Below are positions 10,427-22,191 of a DNA stretch of 64,000 nt, in pieces. Source of the stretch: Alphaproteobacteria bacterium (lineage in GTDB: Bacteria; Pseudomonadota; Alphaproteobacteria; UBA828); assembly GCA_965214705.1 (NCBI GenBank), contig OZ243972.1, forward strand, positions 736,001-800,000, written 5' to 3'. Every line of letters starts with the position of its first letter. The first letter of the stretch is position 1. Position numbers and translations under genes: made by a program. The notes beneath the pieces are model-generated. The model was given only the letters and a program-made list of their open reading frames with translations. It was not told the origin of the DNA and did not search any database.

Positions 10427-11728
10427 TCACTCCGAGCAGTCGCCGAGCCTGAGCGCCACCGAGAGGGCGTGGGCGTGAAGCCCTTCGGCTTCGGCGAGCG
10501 TGACGGCCGCCGGGCCGATTTGCGCGAGGCTCGCGGCGTCGCAGCCGACGAAGGTCGTGCGCTTGAGGAAATCTAGCGGCGAGAGGCCCGAGGAGAAGCG
10601 GGCGCTGCGGGCGGTCGGCAGCACGTGGTTGGGGCCGGCCACGTAGTCGCCGATGGCTTCCGGCGTGTGCCGGCCGAGGAAGATGGCACCGACGCTGGTC
10701 ACCGCCTCGGCCAGCCGGGCGGGCTCCTCCACCGCAAGCTCCAGGTGTTCGGGCGCCAGCCAGTTGACCAGCGGCGGCGCCTCGTCGAGGGTGCCGACCA
10801 CGATGACCGCGCCGTGGTCGCGCCAGCTCGCAGCCGCGATGTTGGCGCGCGGGAGCCGCGCCAGATGCGCCGCCACCGCCTCGGTTACCCGGTCCGCGAA
10901 CGCCCCGTCGTCGGTGATCAGGACGGCTTGTGCGTCGCCGTCGTGCTCGGCCTGGGAGAGCAGGTCCGCGGCGACCCATTCCGGCTCGTTGGCGCTATCC
11001 GCGACCACCAGGATCTCCGACGGGCCCGCGATCATGTCGATGCCGACGGTGCCGAAGACCAGGCGCTTGGCGGCGGCGACATAGGCGTTGCCGGGGCCCA
11101 CGATCTTGTCCACCGGCGCGATACTCTCGGTGCCGTAGGCGAGCGCGGCGACCGCCTGCGCCCCGCCGACCCGATAGATCTCGGTGACTCCGGCGATCTC
11201 GGCGGCGGCCATCACCGCCGCATCCAGCGCGCCATCCGGCGTCGGCACCACCATGGCGATGCGTCTGACACCGGCGACCCGTGCGGGGATCGCGTTCATC
11301 AGCACGGTGCTCGGATAGGCTGCGGTGCCGCCCGGCACGTAGAGCCCGACCGCATCCAGCGGGCGCCAGCGGGCGCCGAGTTGAACACCCGCCTCATCGC
11401 GGTAGTCGAGGTCGGTCGGCATCAGGCGGGCGTGAAAGGCCTCGATCCGTTCGGCCGCCTGCCTGAGCGCGTCGCGCACGGCCGCAGGTGCAGCGGCGGC
11501 CTGGCCGGCAGCCTCATCCGCCGAGAGCCGGATCGTCTCGGGCGTGAGCGCGATGCGGTCGAAACGCGCGGTGTAGTCGAGCAACGCCGCATCGCCGCCC
11601 TCGCGCACCCCTTCGACGATGGCAGCGGCCTCGCGGTCGACGTCCTCCGCCACGCCCCGCCGCGCAGCCAGCAGAGCGTCGAAGGCGGCGGCGAAGCCCG
11701 CGCCCGCGCTGTCGAGCCTATGCGCCAT
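10427..11728 (-). CDS. hisD: histidinol dehydrogenase
   Basis: [37 protein letters not shown]. Confidence 0.97.
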   Translation of the reverse strand: MAHRLDSAGAGFAAAFDALLAARRGVAEDVDREAAAIVEGVREGGDAALLDYTARFDRIALTPETIRLSADEAAGQAAAAPAAVRDALRQAAERIEAFHARLMPTDLDYRDEAGVQLGARWRPLDAVGLYVPGGTAAYPSTVLMNAIPARVAGVRRIAMVVPTPDGALDAAVMAAAEIAGVTEIYRVGGAQAVAALAYGTESIAPVDKIVGPGNAYVAAAKRLVFGTVGIDMIAGPSEILVVADSANEPEWVAADLLSQAEHDGDAQAVLITDDGAFADRVTEAVAAHLARLPRANIAAASWRDHGAVIVVGTLDEAPPLVNWLAPEHLELAVEEPARLAEAVTSVGAIFLGRHTPEAIGDYVAGPNHVLPTARSARFSSGLSPLDFLKRTTFVGCDAASLAQIGPAAVTLAEAEGLHAHALSVALRLGDCSE

Positions 11729-12374
11729 TCACCGCCTCGCCGAAGCGCTCGATCCAGGCCTGCAGCTCGCCGGCCCTAGTCTTGAGCGCAGTGCGGTTGA
11801 CCACGAGCCGCGCCGAGATATCGGCGATATGCTCCACCTCGACCAAGCCGTTGGCCCTGAGCGTCGCGCCGGTGCCCACCAGATCGACGATCCGCCGGCA
11901 GAGTCCCAGCCCCGGCGCGAGCTCCATCGCGCCGTTGAGCTTGATGCACTCGGCCTGAACCCCGCGGGCGGCGAAATGGCGGCGCGTCACTTGCGGATAC
12001 TTGGTGGCGACCCGCACGTGGCTCCAACGCGAGGGATCGTCCCCGGTCGCGAGTTCCGCCGGCTCCGCCACCACCATGCGGCAGAGGCCGATGCCAAGGT
12101 CGAGCGGCGCATAGATTTCGCGGTAGTCGAACTCCATCAGCACGTCGTTGCCGACCACGCCGAGCTGGGCCGCGCCGAAGGCGACGAAGGTGGCAACATC
12201 GAAGCTGCGCACCTGGATCAGGTCGAGCCCCGGATCCGAGGTGGCGAAGCGAAGCTGGCGCGCGTGCTCGTCCGCAAACGCGGCTTCCGGCTCGATGCCG
12301 GCGCGCGCAAGCACGGGCGCAAGCTCGCGGGAGATTCGGCCCTTGGGCAGCGCGAGCAGCAGGCCGGCGCTCAT
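11718..12374 (-). CDS. hisG: ATP phosphoribosyltransferase (short form)
   Basis: [28 protein letters not shown]. Confidence 0.95.
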   Translation of the reverse strand: MSAGLLLALPKGRISRELAPVLARAGIEPEAAFADEHARQLRFATSDPGLDLIQVRSFDVATFVAFGAAQLGVVGNDVLMEFDYREIYAPLDLGIGLCRMVVAEPAELATGDDPSRWSHVRVATKYPQVTRRHFAARGVQAECIKLNGAMELAPGLGLCRRIVDLVGTGATLRANGLVEVEHIADISARLVVNRTALKTRAGELQAWIERFGEAVNGA

Positions 12375-12802
12375 GCCCGATCCTCCTCCCCCTGCACCGC
12401 AGCCAGCCGCGGCTCCTCCAGGTCCTGAAACAGGCAAGCCAGGTGCCCGGTCTCGATCCATACCTCGGCACCGTCCTGGAACAGGAGCCGCACCACGGTC
12501 GTGGACCGGCCGGGCTCGGCGACCATGCCCGCGAGCTTGAGCAGCCGCGCGGGCTCGGCGCGGTCGATCCCGCGCAGTTTGACCGCAGAGACCGCATCGA
12601 AGTGGATCGCGGCCCGTGCCTGGCCCGCGGGTCCGCCCGCGGCCTCGCGGCAGCGGCGCACGACGATCGCTGCGAAGCGGCTGTCGGCGGGCTCGAAAGC
12701 CATCTCGCCCACCGCGAAGACGGCATCCTCAAGGCATGCGGAGATCACGGCGAGATCGCCGGCATCCTCCGCCCGCAGCTTGAGACGCGTGCACGCGGTC
12801 AA
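12371..12802 (-). CDS. DUF2948 family protein
   Basis: [21 protein letters not shown]; position between murA and hisG; TTG start assumed. Confidence 0.8.
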   Translation of the reverse strand: MTACTRLKLRAEDAGDLAVISACLEDAVFAVGEMAFEPADSRFAAIVVRRCREAAGGPAGQARAAIHFDAVSAVKLRGIDRAEPARLLKLAGMVAEPGRSTTVVRLLFQDGAEVWIETGHLACLFQDLEEPRLAAVQGEEDRA

Positions 12803-14082
12803 TGATGGACCCGGTCGATCTCGGCGCCGCAGGCCGCGAGCTTGTCCTCGATCCGCTCGTAGCCGCGGTCCAGGTGATAGACCCGGTGCACCACCGTCTC
12901 GCCCTCGGCAGCGAGCCCCGCAAGGACCAGCGACGACGAGGCCCGGAGGTCGGTGGCCATCACCTGCGCGCCAGTGAGCGAGTCTACACCGCGCACCAGC
13001 GCGGTCGGGCCGCGCACGGCAATGTCCGCGCCCATGCGGCGCAGCTCCTGCACGTGCATGAAGCGGTTCTCGAAGATCGTCTCGGTGATCATCGCAGCGC
13101 CGTCGGCGACCGTCATGAGCGCCATCGCCTGCGCCTGCAGGTCGGTGGGAAAGCCGGGATAGGGCCGGGTCGTCACGTCCGTTGCGGTGGGCCGGCCGTT
13201 GCCGCGCACCCGGAGCCCGCGCGCCGTCACGGTGATGCTGACCCCGGTAGCCTCCAGATAATCGAGCAGCGAGCGCAGAAGGGCAGCCGGCGCACCGGCG
13301 AGCTCGACATCGCCGCCCACCATGGCAGCCGCCAACGCATAGGTGCCGGCCTCGATCCGGTCGCCCACCACGTGATGCTCGGCGCCGGAGAGCGCCTCCT
13401 TGCCGCGAATCAGAAGCTCGTCGGTGCCGATTCCCGTGATGTCGGCGCCCATCGCGTTCAGGCAAAGGGCGAGATCGGCGATCTCGGGCTCGCGCGCGGC
13501 GTTGCGGATGACCGTCTCACCGTCCGCCAGCGTCGCCGCCATCATCAGGTTCTCGGTCGCCCCCACCGAGGCGAAGGGCAGCCTGATCTCGGCCCCGCGC
13601 AGGCGCCCCCGCACATGCGCGTGGATGTCGCCGTCCTCGAGTACGACCTGGGCGCCGAGGCGGGTGAGCCCGTCGATGTGCAGGTCCACCGGGCGCGTGC
13701 CGATGGCGCAGCCGCCGGGGAGCGAGACGGTCGCGCGCCCCGTGCGAGCCAGCAGCGGGCCCAACACCAGGATGGAGGCGCGCATCCGGCTCACCAGCTC
13801 GTAGGGCGCCGTGGTGCTGGTGATCTGGCGGGCCCGGAGCGAGAGCACCCGCCCGGCGTTGCCGCCGCGCCGGGCGTGGCCGTCCATGCCGATCTCAACG
13901 CCGTGCTGGGCGAGCAGGTGCGCGAGCGTCGTGATATCGGTGAGGTGCGGGATGTTGGCGAGCGTGAGCGTTTCGTCGGTCAGGAGGCACGCCGCCATCA
14001 GCGGCAGGGCCGCGTTCTTGGCGCCAAAAATCTCGATCTCGCCCTCGAGCGGGCGGCCGCCCCTGATGCGAATACTGTCCAT
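12799..14082 (-). CDS. murA: UDP-N-acetylglucosamine 1-carboxyvinyltransferase
   Basis: [36 protein letters not shown]. Confidence 0.97.
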   Translation of the reverse strand: MDSIRIRGGRPLEGEIEIFGAKNAALPLMAACLLTDETLTLANIPHLTDITTLAHLLAQHGVEIGMDGHARRGGNAGRVLSLRARQITSTTAPYELVSRMRASILVLGPLLARTGRATVSLPGGCAIGTRPVDLHIDGLTRLGAQVVLEDGDIHAHVRGRLRGAEIRLPFASVGATENLMMAATLADGETVIRNAAREPEIADLALCLNAMGADITGIGTDELLIRGKEALSGAEHHVVGDRIEAGTYALAAAMVGGDVELAGAPAALLRSLLDYLEATGVSITVTARGLRVRGNGRPTATDVTTRPYPGFPTDLQAQAMALMTVADGAAMITETIFENRFMHVQELRRMGADIAVRGPTALVRGVDSLTGAQVMATDLRASSSLVLAGLAAEGETVVHRVYHLDRGYERIEDKLAACGAEIDRVHH

Positions 14083-14211
14083 GAACCGCCCCTGGCGCCG
14101 GGGGCAGGGCGCCGCGCCGCCATGCGGCCGCACATGAGAATCGGCGCGGCCGCCCCGTCCGCTTTCGCGGCCGCACCATAGGCGAGCGGCGCCCGGCGGA
14201 CAAGCGGCTGC

Positions 14212-14805
14212 TCAAGCCGGGCGATACTCCGCCATGGCGTCGAGCAGCCAGGTGGCGAGGTATACCGAGAACGAGTTGCGCACCGTGATCTCGTAGGAAG
14301 GTGCGTCGTCGGTCTGGTGCAGGATGACGGTTGCCTTGGCCAGCGCCGTCTGCACGCAGGTGCCGGGCTCGAACGCGCGCGGATGCAGGTCGAGCCGGCA
14401 GCCCTTCATCAGCACCTCGCGTGCGCGCGGGCCCGAGAGCGCGAGCGTTGCATACATGGCGCTCACGTTGGTCAACGCGTGGTGGCGACCGTCAAGGCGC
14501 CCCCGCAGCGTGTCTTCGAGCTGAGCGCCTTCCTCCGCCGGCCCGGTCACCAGCCACTCGTCGGGACCGAGCCAGAGCAGGGTCTTGCCGTTGACGGTGG
14601 TGGCCGCGGTATTGGGCGTACGCGGCAGCGACCCGCCGAGGATCGCGCCTGCGGCGGTGAGCGCGTCGGCGTCCTTGGGATCGAGCCGGAGGTTGAAGCG
14701 CGCACGCGCCGATCCGTCAGTCAGCGTCACGCCCTCGGCGCTCGCCTCCGCGAGTGCATCGGCGAGGCCTGCGAGCGGGCTGCGGGGTGCCGGCGCCTCA
14801 GCCAT
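14212..14805 (-). CDS. soxG: sarcosine oxidase subunit gamma
   Basis: LWLGPDEWL, LDLHPRAF; operon order. Confidence 0.9.
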   Translation of the reverse strand: MAEAPAPRSPLAGLADALAEASAEGVTLTDGSARARFNLRLDPKDADALTAAGAILGGSLPRTPNTAATTVNGKTLLWLGPDEWLVTGPAEEGAQLEDTLRGRLDGRHHALTNVSAMYATLALSGPRAREVLMKGCRLDLHPRAFEPGTCVQTALAKATVILHQTDDAPSYEITVRNSFSVYLATWLLDAMAEYRPA

Positions 14806-17803
14806 CCCGCTTGGCTCCTTCCGGGTCGTAGAATACCGGCTCCGTGATCTTGCAGGGCAGGAAGCCGCTCTCGGGTGCCGCGTAGATGGTCTCGCCTTTG
14901 CGCGCGCGGCCGCCCTTCACCAGCGCGAGCGCGATGGAGCGGCCCAGCGCCGGGCTCTCGTAGCTGGAGGTGACGTGGCCGATCATCGGGATCGGCGGGC
15001 GCCCGCGCTTCTCCACGAGCTGCGTGCCCTCGGGCAGCACCTTCTTGGGGTCGTCGGTAAGGATGCCGACGAGCTGCTTGCGGTCCTCGCGCCGCGAGTC
15101 CTCGCGGCTCCAGGCGCGCTTGCCCAGGAAATCGGCTTTCTTCTTGGAGACGATCCAGTCCATGCCGAGGTCGTGCGGCGTGGTGGTGCCGTCGGTCTCC
15201 TGGCCCACGATGATGAAGCCCCGCTCCGCACGCAGCACGTGCATCGCCTCGGTGCCGTAGGGGGTGATGCCGTGCTCGGCGCCCGCCGCCATCAGCGCCT
15301 CCCACAGGTGACGTCCGTGGTGCCAGGGCACGTTGATCTCGAAGCTAAGCTCGCCGGTAAAGCTGATGCGGAAGACGCGGGAATCCACGCCGGCGACCGT
15401 GCCCTCCTTCACGCTCATGAAGGGGAAGGTGTCGGCATCCAGCGCCATCTCCGGCGCCAGCGCAGCCAGCACGTCGCGGGCCTTGGGGCCGGCCAGCGCA
15501 ACCGTCGCCCACTGCTCGGTGACCGAGGTGCAATAGACCCTGAGCTCCGGCCACTCGGTCTGCAGCCACTCCTCGAGCCACTCCAGCACGTGGGCCGCGT
15601 TGCCCGTGGTCGTCGTCATCAGATAGTGGTTCTCGCCGAGGCGCGCGGTGGTGCCGTCGTCGAAGACCATGCCGTCGTCGCCGCACATGAGCCCGTAGCG
15701 CACGCGGCCCGGCTTCAGCGTCGAGAAGGCGTTGGTGTAGACCATGTCGAGCAGGGTGGTTGCGTCCGGCCCCCTGATGTCGATCTTGCCGAGCGTCGAG
15801 GCGTCGAGAATGCCCACCGCGTCCCGCACCGCACGGCACTCGCGCGCGACCGCTGCGTGCTTGTCCTCGCCTTGCCGGGGATACCACCAGGGCCGGTGCC
15901 ACTGGCCCACCGGCTCGAACACCGCGCCCGCGGCCTCGTGCCATTCGTGCATCGCCGTGCGCCGCACCGGATCCATCAGCGCGCCGGTATCGCGCCCGGC
16001 GAGCGCGCCGAAGGTGACCGGCGTATAGGGCGGGCGATAGGTGGTAAAGCCCACCTCGGGCACGGTCTTGCCCAGCGCATCGGCGAGGATGGCGAGGCCG
16101 TTGACGTTCGCCGTCTTGCCCTGGTCGGTGCCCATCCCGACCGTGGTGTAGCGCTTGACGTGCTCGACCGAGCGGAACCCCTCGCGCGCGGCGAGCCGGA
16201 TGTCGGCCGCGGTCACGTCGTCCTGATGGTCAACCATGTGCTTGGCCTTGCCGTGGCCGAGCGGCTTCAGCCCCGGCGCGAGCCAGTAGGGCGCGATGGC
16301 GCCGGGCTCGGGCGCTTCGACCGGCGGTACCGGCGGCGGCGTGCCGTCGCCGAAGCCCGTTGCTTCCGCGGCGCGCGCGCCGGCGGCAGCGCCTTCTTCC
16401 AGGCAGGCGGCGAGGCCGAAGCTGCCGTTGGCGGCACCTGCGACCTCCAGCGCCTGCGTCGCCGTGCCGGGAATGAAGATGCCGCGCGCCTCTTCGTAGG
16501 TGAGCTTGCCGGCCGACTGGCTGAAGAGATGCACCGCCGGGTTCCAACCGCCGGAGACCAGCACGCTATCGCAGTGGATGCGGTATCGCTCGCTGCCGAG
16601 CCCGCCGTCCTTGCCGAGCTTCGCGACCGTGACCGAGCGCACCCGCTTCGCCCCGTGGGTGGCGGCGATAACCGATCCAGTGTGGAGCGCGACGCCGGCG
16701 CCCTTGAGCGCAGGCGCCAGCGGCGCCGCAGGGTCGGGCCGGCAATCGATCACCGCGCCGACCGTGCCACCCGCCTCGACGATATCGTGGGCTGCCTCGT
16801 AAGCCGCGTCGTTGTTGGTGAACAGCACCGCGCGCTCGCCCGGCAGCGCCGCGTAGTGGTTTAGGTAACGCTGCGCCGCCGAGGCCAGCAGGATTCCCGG
16901 GCGGTCGTTGTCGGCGAAGACCAACGGCCGCTCGTGGGCGCCGGTGGCGAGCACCACACGGCCCGCCTTGATGTTCCAGAGGCGCTGACGGCTCACGCCG
17001 TCCGGCGCGCGCGGCCCCAGATGGTCGGTGCGGCGCTCGAACGCGCTCAGCGAGTTGTGGTCGTAGTAGCCGAAGAGCGTGGTGCGGGTGACGACGCGCA
17101 CCTCCTCCATGGCGGCCAGCCGGCCCGCCGCCGCCTCGGCCCAGGCCACGCCGTCCACGCCATCGATCCGGCGGCGGTGGCCCAGCAGCGAACCGCCGAG
17201 CGCGGCCTCGTCGTCCACCAGCAACACCCGCGCGCCGGCCTCACCGGCGGCGAGCGCTGCAGCGATGCCGGCCGGCCCGCCGCCCACCACCAGCACGTCG
17301 CAGTGGACGTTCATCTTGTCGTAAGAATCCGGGTCGGGTACCTCGGGTGCGCGGCCGAGCCCGGCCATGCGCCGGATTGCGGGCTCGTAAAGCGACTTCC
17401 AGAACGACGCCGGCCAGAGGAAGGTCTTGTAGTAGAAGCCGGCGGGGAAGAGCGGCGCGAGCTTCCCGGTCCAGGCGGCGAGGTCGCAGTTGGCGCTCGG
17501 CCAGGCATTGACGCCGGCAGCGGTGAGCCCGTCGTAGAGCTCCACCTGGGTTGCGCGCAGGTTGGGCTCGGTGCGCGCGCCTTCGCCGAGCTGGACCAGT
17601 GCCGACGGCTCCTCCGCGCCTGCGGTCAGGATCCCGCGCGGCCGGTGGTACTTGAAGCTCCGGCTCGTGAGGTGGGTGCCGTTCGCGATCAGCGCGGATG
17701 CCAGCGTGTCGCCGGCGAAGCCCTCGTAGCTCTGCCCGTTGAAGGTGAAGCGCAGGCGCTTGGTCCGGTCGATCCGCCCGCCTTCCTTGAGACGAAAGCG
17801 CAC
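14798..17803 (-). CDS. soxA: sarcosine oxidase subunit alpha
   Basis: GDTLASAL, RSFKYHRPRG, GMGTDQGKT, GcvT-like C-terminus. Confidence 0.95.
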   Translation of the reverse strand: MRFRLKEGGRIDRTKRLRFTFNGQSYEGFAGDTLASALIANGTHLTSRSFKYHRPRGILTAGAEEPSALVQLGEGARTEPNLRATQVELYDGLTAAGVNAWPSANCDLAAWTGKLAPLFPAGFYYKTFLWPASFWKSLYEPAIRRMAGLGRAPEVPDPDSYDKMNVHCDVLVVGGGPAGIAAALAAGEAGARVLLVDDEAALGGSLLGHRRRIDGVDGVAWAEAAAGRLAAMEEVRVVTRTTLFGYYDHNSLSAFERRTDHLGPRAPDGVSRQRLWNIKAGRVVLATGAHERPLVFADNDRPGILLASAAQRYLNHYAALPGERAVLFTNNDAAYEAAHDIVEAGGTVGAVIDCRPDPAAPLAPALKGAGVALHTGSVIAATHGAKRVRSVTVAKLGKDGGLGSERYRIHCDSVLVSGGWNPAVHLFSQSAGKLTYEEARGIFIPGTATQALEVAGAANGSFGLAACLEEGAAAGARAAEATGFGDGTPPPVPPVEAPEPGAIAPYWLAPGLKPLGHGKAKHMVDHQDDVTAADIRLAAREGFRSVEHVKRYTTVGMGTDQGKTANVNGLAILADALGKTVPEVGFTTYRPPYTPVTFGALAGRDTGALMDPVRRTAMHEWHEAAGAVFEPVGQWHRPWWYPRQGEDKHAAVARECRAVRDAVGILDASTLGKIDIRGPDATTLLDMVYTNAFSTLKPGRVRYGLMCGDDGMVFDDGTTARLGENHYLMTTTTGNAAHVLEWLEEWLQTEWPELRVYCTSVTEQWATVALAGPKARDVLAALAPEMALDADTFPFMSVKEGTVAGVDSRVFRISFTGELSFEINVPWHHGRHLWEALMAAGAEHGITPYGTEAMHVLRAERGFIIVGQETDGTTTPHDLGMDWIVSKKKADFLGKRAWSREDSRREDRKQLVGILTDDPKKVLPEGTQLVEKRGRPPIPMIGHVTSSYESPALGRSIALALVKGGRARKGETIYAAPESGFLPCKITEPVFYDPEGAKRDG

Positions 17804-18099
17804 TATTCGCCCTCCGCCCCGTTGCCCGGCGGATCGGGCCGCGGCGTGCCCATGGGATAGATCGCGATCACGTCGTTGCTGACGGTATCGCGCAGCGCAT
17901 TGAACCAGCGCCGGCAGCCTTCCCTGTGCATCCAGCGCTCGGCGTGGACGCCCTTGGGGTTGGTCCGCATGAAGAGGTAGTCGGCCCAGCCCGCGTCGTC
18001 GGTCGCCGCCGGGTCGGGGCGCGCGATATGGGCCTCGCCGCCGTAGCGAAACTCGGATTCGGGCCGCGCGCCGCACCAGGGGCAGTCGATCCAGAGCAT
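17803..18099 (-). CDS. soxD: sarcosine oxidase subunit delta
   Basis: CPWCGARPESEF...HxxGCRRWFN zinc motif. Confidence 0.95.
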   Translation of the reverse strand: MLWIDCPWCGARPESEFRYGGEAHIARPDPAATDDAGWADYLFMRTNPKGVHAERWMHREGCRRWFNALRDTVSNDVIAIYPMGTPRPDPPGNGAEGE

Positions 18100-18111
18100 C
18101 CCCCGCGTCCT

Positions 18112-19362
18112 CTAGTGCGCCACGGCCGCCGCCGCGTGCTCGTCGATCAGCGCGCCGGAGGTGAAGCGGTCGAGCGCGAAGGGCGCGTTCAGCGGGTGCG
18201 GCTCGCCCGTCGCGATGGTATGCGCCAGCACCCAGCCCGAGCCCGGCGTCGCCTTGAAGCCGCCGGTGCCCCAGCCGCCGTTGATGAAGAGGCCGTCCAC
18301 CGGAGTCTTGCCAATGATGGGCGAGGCATCGGGGCACACGTCCACGATCCCGGCCCAGGAGCGCATCATGCGCACCCGGCTGAAGATCGGGATCAGCTCG
18401 ACGATCGCCCCCATCTGGTCCTCGATGGTGTGGAGCCCGCCCCGCTGGCTGTAAGAGTTGGGCGGGTCGAGGCCCGCGCCGATCACCAGTTCGCCCTTGT
18501 CGGACTGGCTGACGTAAACGTGCACGCCGTTCGACATGATGACGCAGTGCAGCACCGGCTTCAGCGGCTCCGAGACCAACGCCTGCAGCGGGTGGCTCTC
18601 GATTGGCAGCCTGAAACCCGCCATCGCAGCCAGCACCGAGCTGTGGCCAGCAACCACGATGCCGACCTTCTTCGCGGCAATCGCGCCTTGCGTGGTCTGC
18701 ACCCCGGTCACCCGGCCGGCCTCGACGTCGATGCCGGTGACCTCGCAGTTCTGGATGATGTCGACGCCGCGCGCGTCCGCCGCGCGCGCGTAGCCCCAGG
18801 CGACCGCGTCATGGCGTGCGTTGCCACCCCGCCGCTGCAGGGTGCCGCCCATGATCGGGTAGCGCGTCTTCGTCGAGGTGTTGAGGATCGGGCAGAACGC
18901 CTTGACGTCTTCCGTCGTCAGGAGCTCGGCGTCGACCGCGTTGAGCCGGTTGGCGTTGACCCGCCGGGTCGCCTCCTGCAGGTCGTGGACGTTGTGGATC
19001 AGGTTCAGCACGCCCCGCTGGCTGAACATCAGGTTGTAGTTCAGCTCCTGTGCGAGGCCTTCCCACAGCTTGAGCGCGTGCTCGTAGAGGGCGGCGCTCT
19101 CGTCCCACAGATAGTTGGAACGGATCACCGTGGTGTTGCGCCCGGTGTTGCCGCCCCCGAGCCAGCCCTTCTCCAGCACCGCCACATTGGTTATGCCGTG
19201 GAGGGCGGCGAGGTAGTAGGCGGTCGCCAGCCCATGCCCGCCTGCGCCGATGATGACCACGTCGTAAGCGGCCTTCGGCGCAGGGCTCCGCCACTGCTCC
19301 GGCCAGCGCTCATGATGACTCAGCGCGTTGCGCGCCAGGCTGAAGATCGAGAACTTTTTCAT
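18112..19362 (-). CDS. soxB: sarcosine oxidase subunit beta
   Basis: [35 protein letters not shown]. Confidence 0.96.
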   Translation of the reverse strand: MKKFSIFSLARNALSHHERWPEQWRSPAPKAAYDVVIIGAGGHGLATAYYLAALHGITNVAVLEKGWLGGGNTGRNTTVIRSNYLWDESAALYEHALKLWEGLAQELNYNLMFSQRGVLNLIHNVHDLQEATRRVNANRLNAVDAELLTTEDVKAFCPILNTSTKTRYPIMGGTLQRRGGNARHDAVAWGYARAADARGVDIIQNCEVTGIDVEAGRVTGVQTTQGAIAAKKVGIVVAGHSSVLAAMAGFRLPIESHPLQALVSEPLKPVLHCVIMSNGVHVYVSQSDKGELVIGAGLDPPNSYSQRGGLHTIEDQMGAIVELIPIFSRVRMMRSWAGIVDVCPDASPIIGKTPVDGLFINGGWGTGGFKATPGSGWVLAHTIATGEPHPLNAPFALDRFTSGALIDEHAAAAVAH

Positions 19363-19434
19363 CTGCGGATGCCCGAATACAGGAACCGCGCGGCCGTGTC
19401 ACTCGCTCCGGTTGGACGAATCCCCGTGCGCGTC

Positions 19435-19463
19435 TTGACGGGCTGCGGCCGGGGGGCTACTTG
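19435..19463 (+). promoter_or_regulatory. sigma70-like promoter
   Basis: TTGACG-17 bp-TACTTG upstream of the CoA-binding/metY genes. Confidence 0.4.
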
Positions 19464-19504
19464 TGCGCCTCACGCACCCCCGACAGCCGCACGGATCTCT
19501 CACG

Positions 19505-20056
19505 ATGGTCGATGTCGCGATCAAGTCGACGGACGGGCACCCGCTCGTCTTCCTGCCCGAGCACGACGGCTACGCCGACGATTACCTGCGCACCATCCTC
19601 CGAGGGGTGAAGACCTTCGCGATGGTGGGCGCCAGCACTCAGTGGCGCCGGCCCAGCTTCTACGCCATGAAGTACCTGACCAAGAAGGGTTATCGGGTGA
19701 TTCCCGTCAACCCGGGCCGGGCCGGCGAGACGATTCTGGGCGAGACGGTCTACGGCAGCCTCGCCGAATGTCCTCACAAGCTCGACATGGTGGATATCTT
19801 CCGCACCTCGGAGGAGGCGCTGGATATCACCAAGGACGTCATCGCGAACAAGGACGAGAAGGGCATCGGGGTGCTGTGGATGCAGCTCACGGTGCGCAAC
19901 GACCGCGCCGCGCAGCTCGCCGAAGAGGCCGGGCTCACGGTCGTCATGAACCGCTGCCCCAAGATCGAGTTCGCCCGGCTCTCGGGCGAGCTGAGCTATA
20001 GTGGCATCAACTCGCGGATCGTATCCGCCAAGCGGGCAAGGCCGCTCAACGCATGA
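19505..20056 (+). CDS. CoA-binding protein (YccU-like)
   Basis: AMVGAS, VIPVNPG, DMVDIFR, LWMQL, NRCPKIE. Confidence 0.9.
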   Translation: MVDVAIKSTDGHPLVFLPEHDGYADDYLRTILRGVKTFAMVGASTQWRRPSFYAMKYLTKKGYRVIPVNPGRAGETILGETVYGSLAECPHKLDMVDIFRTSEEALDITKDVIANKDEKGIGVLWMQLTVRNDRAAQLAEEAGLTVVMNRCPKIEFARLSGELSYSGINSRIVSAKRARPLNA

Positions 20057-21378
20057 ACGAGATGCAACCCCTCAAGGCGGAGGCCTCCAAGGCCGCGCCG
20101 CAACACGAGTACGGGATAGAGACACTGGCGGTCCACGCCGGCGCGCGGCCCGACCCGGTCACCGGCGCCCGGACGACGCCGATCTATCAGACCGCGGCCT
20201 ACGCTTTCGACGATGCCGACCATGCGGCCGAGCTCTTCAATCTGCAGACCTTCGGCTACATCTATTCGCGCATCACCAACCCCACCGTTGCCGTGCTCGA
20301 AGAGCGGGTCGCGGCGTTGGAGAACGGACGCGGCGCCGTGGCGGCTGCCACCGGCCACGCGGCGCAGTTCCTGGTGGGCGCGACGCTGCTGGAGAGCGGC
20401 GACGAGTTCATCTCGTCCAACAATCTCTACGGCGGCTCGGTCACCCAGTTCGGCCTGAGCTTCAAGAAGCTCGGCTGGACCTGCCACTTCGTTGACATGA
20501 CGGAGCCCGAGAACGTCGAGAAGGCGATGACCGACAAGGTCAAGTTCGTCTTCTGCGAGGGGCTGGCGAACCCCGGCGGCATCGTGCTCGATCTCGAAGC
20601 GATCGCCGAAGTCACGAAGCGCCACGGCGTGCCGCTCATTGTCGACAACACGATGGCCTCGCCCTATCTCTGCCGGCCCTTCGACCACGGCGCCGACCTC
20701 GTGGTCCACTCGACCACGAAGTTCATCGGCGGCCACGGCAATACCATGGGCGGCATAGTGGTCGAATCCGGCCGTTTCGACTGGTGGCAGAACGACAAGT
20801 TCCCGAGCATGACCAAGCCGGACCCGGCCTATCACGGCCTCACCTTCGCCGAGACCTTCGGCGATTTCGGCTTCACCATGAAGATGCGCGCCGTGGCGCT
20901 GCGGGACTATGGCCCGAGCATGGCCGCGCAGGCGGCCTGGAACCTGCTGCAAGGGGTGGAGACGTTGCCGCTCCGCATGGAGCGCCATTGCTCCAACGCG
21001 CTCGCGGTCGCCAAGTATCTGGAAGACCATCCCAAGGTCTCCTGGGTTTCCTACGCCGGGCTGAAATCGAACCGCTATTACAAGCTCGCCCAGAGATACC
21101 TGCCGCGCGGTGCCGGTGCGGTCTTCACCTTCGGCGTCAAGGGCGGCTACGAGGCCGGGCTCAAGGTGGTCGATACCGTCAACATGTTCTCGCACCTCGC
21201 CAATATCGGCGACACGCGGAGCCTGATCATCCACCCGGCGTCCACCACCCACCGGCAGCTCACCGACGAGCAGAAGACCAACGCCGGTGCCGGGCCGGAC
21301 GTGGTGCGGCTTTCGGTCGGCATCGAGAGTCTCGACGACATCATCGCCGACCTCGACCAGGCCCTCGATCAGGCCTGA
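20053..21378 (+). CDS. metY: O-acetylhomoserine aminocarboxypropyltransferase / sulfhydrylase
   Basis: YSRITNPT, HSTTKFIGGHG PLP lysine, HLANIGDTRSLIIHPASTTH. Confidence 0.92.
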   Translation: MNEMQPLKAEASKAAPQHEYGIETLAVHAGARPDPVTGARTTPIYQTAAYAFDDADHAAELFNLQTFGYIYSRITNPTVAVLEERVAALENGRGAVAAATGHAAQFLVGATLLESGDEFISSNNLYGGSVTQFGLSFKKLGWTCHFVDMTEPENVEKAMTDKVKFVFCEGLANPGGIVLDLEAIAEVTKRHGVPLIVDNTMASPYLCRPFDHGADLVVHSTTKFIGGHGNTMGGIVVESGRFDWWQNDKFPSMTKPDPAYHGLTFAETFGDFGFTMKMRAVALRDYGPSMAAQAAWNLLQGVETLPLRMERHCSNALAVAKYLEDHPKVSWVSYAGLKSNRYYKLAQRYLPRGAGAVFTFGVKGGYEAGLKVVDTVNMFSHLANIGDTRSLIIHPASTTHRQLTDEQKTNAGAGPDVVRLSVGIESLDDIIADLDQALDQA

Positions 21379-21401
21379 CGCATTGATCTAAGGGAAGATT
21401 T

Positions 21402-22178
21402 CTAAGGGCTTGGGGGCGCCTTGCCTTCGGGCTTCGTTGGCGCGCCTGCGCGGTCGCGGGCAGCGAGCAAACCGCGGCAGAGTGCGCCGTTGAATTCCAT
21501 GGCGATGCGGACGCTCGCGAGCGTGCGCAGATGCTCGTCGAAGCCCGCTTCGGTGAGCGGTGCGCCTTCTGCTGTGACGAAGGCGCTGTCGTCCGGCCCG
21601 GCCGGACCGCCGACGCGACCCCTCATCTCCAGGTAGCGGCGCTTCAGGTCGCCCCTCTCGCCCCCGGCGACGGCGGTGCGTGCCAGTGCTTCGACGGTCA
21701 TCGCCACCAATGCGGCCTTGCCGAAACCTTGGGCCAGCAGGGCGCGCAGCAGAGCCTCCTGCCGCCCCTGAAACGCCTTGCGCCGAAAGGTCGTACGCAA
21801 ATTCGCCAGAGAATCGTCGTCGCCTGCTTCTCCGAAAGCGTCACCGAAGGCGAGGCCCTCGGCGACCCCTCGATTGACCTCGTCCGCGCACATGTGCTCC
21901 CGCAGGCGCGGAACCACGCGAGTCACCCACGGCAGTGAGGCAACGGCATCGCGCATGTCCTCGGCCATCATGTAGGCGAAGTTCGCGGCACACCAAAAGG
22001 TCGGCAGGCGGAAGTCGATGGAAACCGCGCCGTCCATACCGACCGTCACCTCCTCCACGAAACCCAGATCGGTCACCGGCTCGTCGAGCTCGGGGTCGGT
22101 GACCGTGGCGAGCCGCGCCAGAACCTCGGCCTCGCGCCCGGCCTCGGCCGCGCCGTCACGCGTACTCATGGGCCGCAT
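21402..22178 (-). CDS. DUF59 / metal-sulfur cluster assembly protein
   Basis: VTDPELDEPVTDLGFV...RLPTFWCAANF. Confidence 0.85.
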   Translation of the reverse strand: MRPMSTRDGAAEAGREAEVLARLATVTDPELDEPVTDLGFVEEVTVGMDGAVSIDFRLPTFWCAANFAYMMAEDMRDAVASLPWVTRVVPRLREHMCADEVNRGVAEGLAFGDAFGEAGDDDSLANLRTTFRRKAFQGRQEALLRALLAQGFGKAALVAMTVEALARTAVAGGERGDLKRRYLEMRGRVGGPAGPDDSAFVTAEGAPLTEAGFDEHLRTLASVRIAMEFNGALCRGLLAARDRAGAPTKPEGKAPPSP

Positions 22179-22191
22179 CCGCCGCGCCGGC

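Noticed and set aside
14798-18337. 1179-aa extended SoxA
   Set aside because: The extension overlaps soxD/soxB; the GTG at 17803 fits the operon.
21387-21408. TCTAAGGG direct repeat separated by 6 bp
   Set aside because: Could be an excision scar but is too short to distinguish from chance.
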